DNA of 64,000 nt from the NCBI GenBank assembly GCA_039545335.1, contig BCIN01000010.1, positions 391,804 through 455,803 of the forward strand. The letters run 5' to 3'. The position numbers and the translations under genes were made by a program. This stretch comes from Kondoa subrosea. Taxonomy: Eukaryota. The notes beneath the pieces were generated by a model. It saw nothing but the letters and a program-made list of their open reading frames with translations, ran no database searches and was not told where the DNA came from. Positions 38,126 to 49,950 of the stretch are shown here, piece by piece (within the stretch, counting starts at the first letter, position 1; the number at the start of each line of letters is the position of its first letter).

Positions 38126-38904
38126 TGTGTAATGGATTGATTGAAAGAGTTGTTTGCAATTTTATTGAGCGAGGTTGTTTGAAGACCATGACCTGTCTAC
38201 TCCTTTCTAATAACTTTCTGACATCGCACAAAATGTACAGTACAGCTTGAAGCGCCCCGACATGTGTCGAGCTGCGGTCAGCATTGCACCTCGCTTCCTT
38301 GAATGTCACATCAACGCAAGCTGGGCCATGCTTTTTCTCTGCTTTTGTGCCTAATGTATTGCTGTGATGCGGGATCAATCTCTACTCTCAATGTGCTTCT
38401 GCAGAGCCAGCGATGTGTTGCATGCATTAATTCCGGCCAGACCTGAACCAGTATTATGTAGCTTGGATCTAGTCGATGCATCGTCTGGAATTTGATTCTC
38501 TTGCCTGATATATTCACGTAGCCGATGCTTTTCCTTTCAAAATCTGTCTCTTTAGATGTCTGTTGCTCTCGCTGCCATATTGCATGGCGCTGAACATGTG
38601 AACGAGAGAACCGCTTTCAAGCTAAAAGTGCTGGTTCGCTGTCGACTCGGGGCACTCATCCTGCCGCGTGCGTGCCTAGTATGCGGGAAGCTAAAGCTGA
38701 CGGACGATATGCTTGAAATGAGCGGAGGTGACTTGTGCGCTTGTCAGGTTCACAGATAGCGGCAGGCAAGGGAGAATATGCAGAGTGGATCCCAAAATCA
38801 ATGTTAACATATGTAAAGCTTTGCATACTAGCGCGCCGCTCTACCTAACAAACATTTTGCCTGTGGACCTTATGACGTTCTTGCCAAAACGACGAGAACG
38901 CAAC

Positions 38905-41168
<2,264 letters not shown>

Positions 41169-41223
41169 ACGGGCTCTAGGGAAAAGGGGTAAAGAGGATG
41201 ATAAGGGCAATAAATGCGTAATA

Positions 41224-42722
41224 TTAAGAATCAATTGCAAAAGAATACAATTCACAACCGTCAGCTATCCAGAGCTTGGGTATTTCAGTATTCTCCTCGA
41301 AAGCCATAGCTGTGATATTCGCGAGAAAAGTCTGGTTGCCCAACGATTGCGGTGTATCGAAGGTGATTGGTTCGGCAGACCCGCTGCTAATACTCCATAC
41401 TCGTACTTTTTGGTCTTGCCCTGCTGCAACTACGACATCATTCCGCCAGACATCGACGGCGAGATTAGGAGTGTACTGATTAACGTGATTGTTGAGATTG
41501 AGCACTGCTTTTGGCCTATGGAATCGGCGATCATAGATAGAAAGCTTTCTAGTAGTAATAGACGTGTTCTCAGTAAAACAGCGACACAAGAGTAAATTGC
41601 GCGCACCCGTTGAATCCTGCCGCAAGCATTAGATCTGGACCTAATAGCTGAAGGTTTGTGACAGAAGAGCCAAGATTCCATGTACTCTTAAGCACAATTG
41701 AGCCTATGATCAGTGTCAAGATACAGCAATCTACCTGAGGCCGATTCTTCTTGGTGTCGACTGTTCTGATATCAAACAGTGACACTTTCCCGTTACGCAT
41801 TCCAGCATGTATCAAATTTTCTTCCTGAGCCAAAGCAAAAACGGAAGACCCCGTTTGTATGCGAATGAGAGGTGTAGCTGCCAAATCGCGTGTAACAAGC
41901 AGATGCTTGTCACAGCCTATCTCCCGGTCAGCGTAATCGCAGAGGGTTTGAAACACGACTGACCGATCCCAATAGCGGAAGATGAGATAGAAGACGTCCA
42001 AATAGACGTTTGCTTTGGCTTTAGCTTTATTGCGCTACCACGTTTATCAGGCCTAGCAGGAAAACAACCTCAGCTGAACGCACGGTTGAGAAGCTTCGGT
42101 GCGACCGATGAATATTGTTGCAGGAGCCATGCAAGTAGCCCTGAGTATTGAGGTCAAGCATGGACAGAAACTGATGAGCGGACTTACACATAATTCTCTC
42201 TTGTTGAAGCTATCGAGGATATTCCATCTGGTAAGAACTGATCCGTAATCCACGGACTTGTTCTTCCATGCTGCCCATTATGAAGATCGTTTACAGAAGA
42301 GTGCAAGATCGTTCCATTCGAAGTGCCCAGCCGTATAGCCCTATCTTCATTGATCGTTAGACAGCTGATACCATCTCCTAGAACCAGATCAGGCTGATGT
42401 ATCTTTGCTGTTGGTGTGGAAGCTGAAGCTGTTAGAGCAATAGCTTCTTTCTGTCTAACATAGATGGAAAATGAACTCATGTAATCAAGCACCACGAGCA
42501 GAGAAAAGCGCACAAGCGATGTGAGGTATCAAGAGGGTGATATTGAGGCAGAAAGAATGTATGAGATAGCTTCTGCCTCTTTCTCGCTGGACTGATTTGG
42601 TCATCAATAATCTTTGCGTTTGAAATGGGTTTTGCAGTAGGCGGAGCTATGCGAGGTCGACCGGGAATGATTTTGAAGTATCTACGTTTCACTTCATCGT
42701 ATTCATAGCCTGGAATATTCAT
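41224..42722 (-). CDS. WD40-repeat protein, DCAF4/WDR21-like
   Basis: N-terminal IPGYEYDEVKRRYFKI, then WD-like repeats (GMRNGKVSLFDIR; AAGQDQKVRVWSI). Confidence 0.7.
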
Positions 42723-42761
42723 GCAATGGTATATTAAACAAGGCTGTTGCAAAACAACCCT

Positions 42762-43438
42762 TTATGTGTGACCCAAATCTCTTGACAGCTGACTATAAAG
42801 TGATGTCCACTTCTGTTTCTCCCTTGCAAGCCTTTGCTTTCGTTTTCGCAGCGAGATGATAGGTCGATCTTCTATCGTCTTGACTGGTTTCAGTTTGGTC
42901 AAACCGATTCCAAGCCTATCATCTTTGAGTTTCGTAGGGATCGGTCCAAGTCTTCCTTGACTATTGAGACCTAGACCAGCTTCACCGCTCCAGCCAGATG
43001 CTTCCAGCATAGTTCGACCGATACCCTACATTAAAGAGAGATCAGCTTCACAACGCAGATTCCGATAAACTGACTCACAGCTACTTGAAAGTGCGCAGGA
43101 GGTATTATCTTCTCCTTGCCATCCTTTGCAAACTGATGCCCAATACCTCCGACATGACGTTTCCAGTCAATTGCGTTAACTTGAGCTTGACAAGCTTCAC
43201 AATATATCTCGTCCTGTTCAATCACTTGCACCTCATCCTTATCTAGCTTCTCAAGGGTGACAGCAGATGTGGAAGCAAGAGGAACGATAGAACTGTAGAT
43301 GTCTTTCACTTCCTGGCCTGATCTCGGGACAATGGTCGACGTTGTACCTTGTGAAGCTCGAACAAAACGAGGAGCAATGCTGTATCTACCAGTTGGATAA
43401 TGCTGGGACCATTTTGAGTCGATATATTCGTTGGTCAT
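42762..43438 (-). CDS. G-patch domain protein with zinc-finger-like segment (GPANK1-like)
   Basis: YCEAC...H....H segment and G-patch GRTMLEASGWSGEAGLGLNSQGRLGPI...DDRLGIG. Confidence 0.8.
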
Positions 43439-44366
43439 GGTAAATCCAAGGTAGATCGCCTAGAGTTGCTGAATTGACAGAGGATGAGATTCGGCCCCAG
43501 TGCAAACGCCAGCAATAGTCACTACGAGTCCTTTAGCCGGCCCCTTCTTATCCTCAATTCCAGGCAACTGCTGACTTGCAAAGTCTGAACTATTCTCTTC
43601 CGCCTCTGCTTTGTCAACAACGATCTTGCATGCGCAACTCTTTTGCTTCGAAGACCTGCACTCCGTGGTAGACTTGATCCTTTGCTGAAAGAAGAGATAC
43701 TTGATGGCGGTTTGGATGAAGATCTCGATGATTCTGAGGAGGAAATTGTCAAATTACTAAACGTTTGGCTGCGTCTCGCTGCTTCGCATTTCTGCGTGCA
43801 GCCTGCCTGTCTGTGCTATCATTCCTCTTTTACGAGTTTGCGTTTGCTTCTGTGCAGCTCTTTTGGCCAATCAGGAAAATCAGCTTTTCGCTAAATTCCG
43901 GGCTTTCTTCTCTCTCTCTAAGTCTCTGGCGCTCTCTGTGTGGACGACGGATTGATGCGAACTCGTTGATTGCCGTTTGCGAAGCTGTCAGTCACTGCAG
44001 TAATGCACATGAAGATCCCTTACGATCTGCGCAATGCAATCTGTCAATCTCGTCTACTAGCTTGTTTCATGGGACTGCAGTGTTCATATAGGGTTGTTGA
44101 CTGCTTCCTCTACGAACGATAGATAATTGGCGCGATTATCTTCGTCAGGGTCCACGGGACGAGCCATCCAACACTGTCTATGCGATGAATGGGAGCCATG
44201 GACCGGTATCACCATTTCCTTATTGGCTCTTGAGTCGTTCAGTGACCTTTTCGATTGTTTGATGGACGATGAATGAGATGGTATGAGGAAACGATGATGC
44301 GAGATTTTTGATTGGCTTCGCAGTCAACTTCAGCCGGCAGCTACGAGATGAAGCGGTATTCGAGTC

Positions 44367-44975
44367 AAGATAGCCAGAAGTGGAGAAGGGCAAACATTGC
44401 CCAAGTATAGAGCAACCGGGGCAGAGACATGCGCGTAATCTACCGAAGCGATTTACAGAAGGGAATTGATGAGTTCTTCACTGCTCGACATACACCAGAA
44501 TGCCCGCGAAAGCTATAGGCAAAGGTACAATCACGACCTGGAGTTCTTCTGTGAATACTGGATGTGTATAAAACTTCGATTCTCGATTCTTCCGCGAACC
44601 ATCTCTGCTTTCGATCTCATTGTTCCGTTCTCTGAGAAGTATAAGGAGGATATGAAATATATAATACGCTTCTATCTAGCGAAAAATTTGTGTCAGATGG
44701 TGCTAGACTTTCGTGTATCATCACTTGCAACGCAACACGCATCGTCATCCGTGCTTTGAGAGTACTTGCAAAGTTGTCTGCGATTGAGAGACGGCAGATC
44801 ATGGCAAAGTCGAAACGATGAAACGACGAAACGATGTGACTTCATCTCCAAGAAAACTTACAAACAGCGGGCTATTAGATTGTGTTGTACGCAAAGACTG
44901 CCACACCACATCGAGGTCTGGGGTTGTGGCGCAGTGGTAGCGCGTATCATTTGCATTCCGCTTGCCTTGATAAGG
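44367..44975 (+). repeat. Left arm of a ~0.6-kb inverted repeat (partner 48582-49205)
   Basis: The ORF track gives near-identical translations at 44466-44759(+)/48803-49192(-), 44766(+)/48796(-) and 44802(-)/48760(+). Direct reading shows matching sequence through the tRNA 5' half. Confidence 0.95.
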
Positions 44976-45002
44976 CCTTGAGTTCGATCCTCAACTGCTC
45001 CA
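44920..45002 (+). tRNA. tRNA-Ala(UGC) with 11-nt intron (44956-44966)
   Basis: Cloverleaf: acceptor GGGGTTG/CTGCTCC-A with the Ala identity pair G3:U70, D arm GCGC/GCGC, anticodon stem TATCA/TGATA with TGC at 44952-44954, T arm TTGAG-TTCGATC-CTCAA. A T5 run follows downstream. Confidence 0.88.
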
Positions 45003-45382
45003 AGTTCATTCTTTTTGCATCTTGTCTTGACTTTTTTTTGGCATCTGCACCTTGACTTCAAGCATTTTCGACTTATTCCTTCTCCTCATTCTTTGCTAGG
45101 CCTTGAGTTCCAAGATCCTCAACTGCTCCACTTAGTTCATTCTTTTTGCATCTGCATCTTGTCTTGACTTTTTTTTGGCATCTGCACCTTGACTTCAAGC
45201 ATTTTCGACTTATTCCTTCTCCTCATTCTTTGCTAGGCCTTGAGTTCCAAGATCCTCAACTGCTCCACTTAGTTCATTCTTTTTGCATCTGCATCTTGTC
45301 TTGACTTTTTTTTGGCATCTGCATCTTCACTTCAAGCATTTTCGACTTATTCCTTCTCCTCATTCTTTGCTCGGCCTTGAGT
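44973..45382 (+). repeat. Tandem repeat of tRNA 3' end plus trailer: 3 units (125, 137, 137 bp) plus an 11-bp stub
   Basis: Units begin AGGCCTTGAGTTC at 44973, 45098 and 45235, with a stub CGGCCTTGAGT at 45372. Confidence 0.95.
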
Positions 45383-45805
45383 ATCACAGCTCGCCAGGTG
45401 CTTCAACCTGTTGCTGATTTCTTGCCCCTTTTCGCCCTTCTTTTCTGCAGCTTGCAAGCGCGGTTTATACTCGTCTATTGAAAGCTTGTTCCCATGTGCT
45501 AAAGTAGTAGACATCAACGACGACGAGTATGAAGAATGTCACAGCCTCAAGTTGCACTTCAGTTTCATGGATATTGCCCAGTCACATTGTACCAAAAAAG
45601 TTAGTCGTTATCGCTCACTGTGCAACCAAAGGCTAACTTCACTCGAATAATATTTGGATCTCGGTCCAATGACGTTCGCAAACAAAGCGGGAAAAGCGAA
45701 AATGAAATTCAGCCAAAGCTACCCGTTCTCGAACTTACAGATGATCAACGCGACTACTTTCGACCTTCGACATATTCCCTGACCTGAAAGTGGGGTACAA
45801 CCAAA

Positions 45806-48550
45806 GTGGATCTATCAGATGAAGTGAATGAGGAAGCTTATGCTAGCATTGTCAAGGGACGATTGCTCGAAAACGACTTCATAGAGGATGACAATGGGTC
45901 AGGTTATGTTGACAATGGCATGGAAGAAAAATGGGCAGAAGAATGGGCAAAGATGATGGTGGATCTAGTCAGGAAGAGGGAGATCGTATGCTCCTACACT
46001 TTTCTATTGTTTATACTTAAATGTATTCATTCAGGCAAAGGCAAGAGGCGGAATCGCAAGAAAGACGCGAAAGGCAAACCTGAACCCAAGAAAAGGGTCA
46101 CTGCGACAGTCTTCTCAAAATCGAATGGTAAAGCTGCTGCTGCTGCTGCATCTCGACCGGCTGCAACAGACATCAATCTTACAAAAAACAAGTCGAGGTA
46201 GCCCAGGGAGCAGACATCATGTCTTCCTTGCTAGGCCTCCTAGACGATGCGACTGCTACTTCCTTCCTCTCTTTTTCGACAAGTCGTAAACGTAAAACTT
46301 CACCAGAACTTCAATCAGCTACCTCTAATCCGTTACGCACTTCTACCTCTTCTTTCCGCAGACCACGCTGCTTGAATACGCTCACACCTAGCGGAACTTC
46401 TTCATCTGGTCCTTATGTTGATTTGCTTTCGACTGCAAATGGTGCTTCGTCCGTTGGCGATCTACCTTCTTCAGCAAAGAAAGCTCGTCCTAGTCCTTCT
46501 CACAACATGGACAACTTCACTGACCTGTCTTTCGGAAATGTGTTCTTCGATCGAAGGAGATCTAGATATGGTCAAAGAAGAAGTGGACGACGATATGTTC
46601 GTCAAGCCAAATCAAGTCAATGCTCGACTAGCTGCCGCACCTCCTAGGAAGCTAGTCAACACCTCTTCTATCAAACCCGCTCGTCCATTATCATTATCGC
46701 CTACTCCTGCTGCGGATAAAGCGGACGTTTCCAAAGACAACAAGAAACCGAAAGGTTTGGTATTGCGATTAGCTGCTCAAGGTGTTACCGCTTCTGAGTC
46801 TGCCGATCTACCTGTTTTGGAGGATTTGACTGCTGCTGTTAACGGAAAGAAAGGCAAAGCCAAACAATATGATGCACCTTTGACGAGCAAGATCAAAGCT
46901 TGTGAATTGGATGGCGAAACTTTGAGGTTCTATTGGTTGGATCACATGGAAGTCAATGGTGTTGTTCATCTTTTTGTCTCTGGCAAAGTCCTTGATCACG
47001 AAACTGGCAAACATGTTTCTTGCTGTGCGAGCGTAGAAGGGATTGAGAGGAATCTATTGGTTTAACATCGAGGCAAGAAGTCAGAAGAAGAGAAGCTAGC
47101 TGTGAAAACCAATGGAAAACCTGAAATTAAGAATAAGAAGAAAGTAAAGAAACAGATGGCTGCTGATGAAGAGGAAGATGAAGCTACTGGTTTCGAAGAG
47201 TCAGACGAAGAAGAGTCCAAAGAAGAATCAGAAGACGATAAATCTGATTATGGACCTCCTTTAGATGAGGTCTATGACGATTGCGACGAAGTCAGGCAAG
47301 AAGCTGGAATTGTATCTTGTGCTTCTAAAGAAGTTAAGCGCAAGTATGCCTTTGAGCTTCCTGGAGTGCCTGCAGGAACCAAGTACCTCAAAGCGGTTTA
47401 TGGCTTTGATCGTGAGTCAAATTTCTCATTGGTTGGCTGGGTGAGCTGACAGGGTGAGTTGACAAATATTGATAGAACCTCAACTATATATGGATATGAC
47501 AAGAAGAACCTTCAAACGAGTCTTTGGAACAAATACCTCTGCCTTCGGACTCTTTGTCATCAAGCGAAGGATGATGGGTCCTCGTTGATTGAAAGTGAAA
47601 AATGCCGAGCTGAGCGGCAAAGATGTAAGTCCTTCGATCTCCATCTTATTGCCTATTTTCATGTCCATCGCATTAGGTCTCCTGGTGCACATTGAAAGTG
47701 AAAGTCAGATCACCAAAACATATCAACCCTTCCAAAGACAGCGACCCAAATGCGCCTAAAGATGTGCCACCCTTGACGATGATGAGTCTGAGTTTACGAA
47801 CCATAGTCAATCACAACGAAAACAAGCGCGAAATCGTCTGCGCTACCGCTCGAGTTCGGGAAGATTGTACGTCTTTCATTATCGCCCAAGCTGCTTCATC
47901 GTAGTATTGAGTCCTCTGTTCAGCGACTTGGAAGATACAACTCCGATCCAGAAACAAGTATGCTCTGTGCATACTGTTGTTCGACCTTTGGCAGCTTTTC
48001 CCGCTGAAGTTGTTCGTTTGGCTAAAACGAAAACACCTAAAATCAGGCCTGTCAGGACTGAGAGAGTGGTCATTATTCAGGCTCTAGGTAAGCCAATAAA
48101 TCAACAATACTCGGATGAAATATCTTATTGGATCTACAGCATTAATACAACGCTTCGATCCTGAAGTGACCGTCGGTCGCAAGTTCAGTGGAGTGCTTCG
48201 TGACGTCCTCTTAAATCGTATGAGGGAACTCAAGGCCGATCATTGGTCAAGATTGGGTCGGTTTAGACGAGATCAAATGGCCAAGGCTCGAGAATAGTCT
48301 GGGTTCGCATCTGCTTATTCTAAATTGTCCTCGATCTCGCTTCTGAAGGTCTAAAGGCGAGCCTTTACAAGCACCGTCAGCCTGATTGCTGATGACAGAT
48401 AATGTCAAAGCATAGTTGGCTCTGCAACCTGGTCTTCGACCCAAATGTGCTCATGTCAACTTAGAATCGAAAGGCAAGGTATGCCAGGAAGATACAGCTG
48501 AGCCAGCTGGGCACCCCTCCTTCCTGCTCGCCAGTATTGCGAGATAAGAT
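45806..48550 (+). pseudogene. POL1: Truncated, disrupted copy of DNA polymerase alpha catalytic subunit (5' half)
   Basis: Pol-alpha motifs appear in order: [33 protein letters not shown]...EGIERNL, RKYAFEL, FGTNTS, PPLTMMSLSLRT, WSRLGRFRR, DLASEG and TWSST.MC. In-frame stops and frameshifts are present, introns are retained, and no polymerase domain follows. Confidence 0.9.
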
Positions 48551-48581
48551 TGGCCTGCTGATAGTCTTTGCGAATACTCGC

Positions 48582-48643
48582 CCTTATCAAAACATGCAAG
48601 AGCGGGCAGAACGCACTGATACGCGCTCCTGCGCCACAACCCC
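48582..48643 (-). pseudogene. Degenerate tRNA-Ala 5' fragment
   Basis: GGGGTTGTGGCGCAGGAGCGCGTATCA...TTGATAAGG has a shortened D-loop, a scrambled anticodon loop/intron, and no T arm or 3' acceptor strand. Confidence 0.8.
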
Positions 48644-49205
48644 AGACTCGATGTGGTGTGGCAGTCTTTGCGTACAACACAATCTAGTAACCCGCTGTTT
48701 GTAAGTTTTCTTGGAGATGAAGTCACATCGTTTCGTCGTTTCATCGTTTCGACTTTGCCATGATCTGCCGTCTCTCAATCGCAGACAACTTTGCAAGTAC
48801 TCTCAAAGCACGGATGACGATGCGTGTTGCGTTGCAAGTGATGATACACGAAAATCTAGCACCATCTGACACAAATTTTTCGCTAGATAGAAGCGTATTA
48901 TATATTTCATATCCTCCTTATACTTCTCAGAGAACGGAACAATGAGATCGAAAGCAGAGATGGTTCGCGGAAGAATCGAGAATCGAAGTTTTATACACAT
49001 CCAGTATTCACAGAAGAACTCGAGGTCTTGATTGTACCTTTGCCTATAGCTTCCCGGGGCATTCTGGTGTATGTCGAGCAGTGAAAACTCATCGATTTTA
49101 TATAAGTCTTCTTCTGTAAAATCGCTTCGGTAGATTACGCGCATGTCTCTGCCCCGGTCGCTCTGTTCCCGGAAAAGGCGTCTCCTTTTCACTTCTGGCT
49201 ACCTT
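48582..49205 (-). repeat. Right arm of the inverted repeat (partner 44367-44975)
   Basis: The reverse complement matches the left arm, including the orphan ORF and the tRNA 5' half. Confidence 0.95.
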
Positions 49206-49382
49206 CCACACGACCACTCTGTAGCATGCAAAGGCATGCTGATGACAGCTTTGAGTTGTACGGAGTAAATGGACAAGGTCAGTGACAGTCAAAATGATTC
49301 GCGACATGACATTGAAGGCTAAGTGCGCAGGCAATTGCTGGATAAGTATTACGATGCTAGTGGACAGCAGACGTGAGTGCAT
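48803..49382 (-). other. Orphan coding-like sequence (possible F-box-like N-terminus), duplicated in the left arm; gene or pseudogene unresolved
   Basis: Two overlapping ORFs in different frames (LIQQLPAHLAFNVMSRIILTVTDLVHLLRTT; RGRDMRVIYRSDF...SSVL). The left copy carries a stop and an indel. Confidence 0.35.
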
Positions 49383-49950
49383 GCTCTTATGCGTCCAAGT
49401 ATGTGCTGATCTCAGTCATTAGAGCATACACCTACCGTAAGCAATCTTTCGCTCGCATATCAACCAGATAACAAAAGACAATGAACAGATAACGCAAATG
49501 GATCTGTATACCACAAAGTCCTTAGATTGAAGTCAATGTACCGAGCAGCACCAGGGTCGCATCTGCATAGTGTGAGATTCGTTGTAAACAGGCGAAAAGC
49601 AGCTGACGAGATCGCAGTGGGAGCAAGTAGATGGGAAAGATAGAATCAGAGAAGCGACACTGGATTGTGAATGTGTAGACTGTCAGCCAAATGATACGGA
49701 AACAGAAGATTCGCTCTATGTCAAGAAGGAAGAGGATTCGGATTGAGGAATATGTGAATGGTGTATGTATAAATGGCATGGTATACCAAGAAGATTGTAT
49801 AATACAGTAAGTTTATAACACGACAACCCAAACATAAGTATCGTATAACTGAGCACCGAGCAACAAGCCTTGCTGTTGCGCTGGTCAATGCATGCAGGGT
49901 CGCAATAGCACTCCATGCTCGCTTAAGAGCAGCAGGAGTATGGTAACGAG

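Noticed and set aside
44920..45002. Reading the tRNA as Cys(GCA), or as a pseudogene because of the T6/T67 mismatch
   Set aside because: Stem register places TGC at positions 34-36 and G3:U70 marks Ala. One acceptor mismatch with intact A and B boxes is not enough to call it dead.
44973..45382. CRISPR-like array
   Set aside because: Units are repeated in full with no unique spacers, the context is eukaryotic, and there are no cas genes.
44410..49162. RIP-like hypermutation between the inverted arms
   Set aside because: The differences I can see include transversions and indels and are not dominated by C-to-T changes. A formal count was not possible.
44367..49205. Polinton/Maverick or virus-like element (TIRs plus a B-family polymerase)
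   Set aside because: The polymerase is cellular Pol alpha with spliceosomal introns and lacks the catalytic domain. No integrase, capsid or packaging ATPase is visible.
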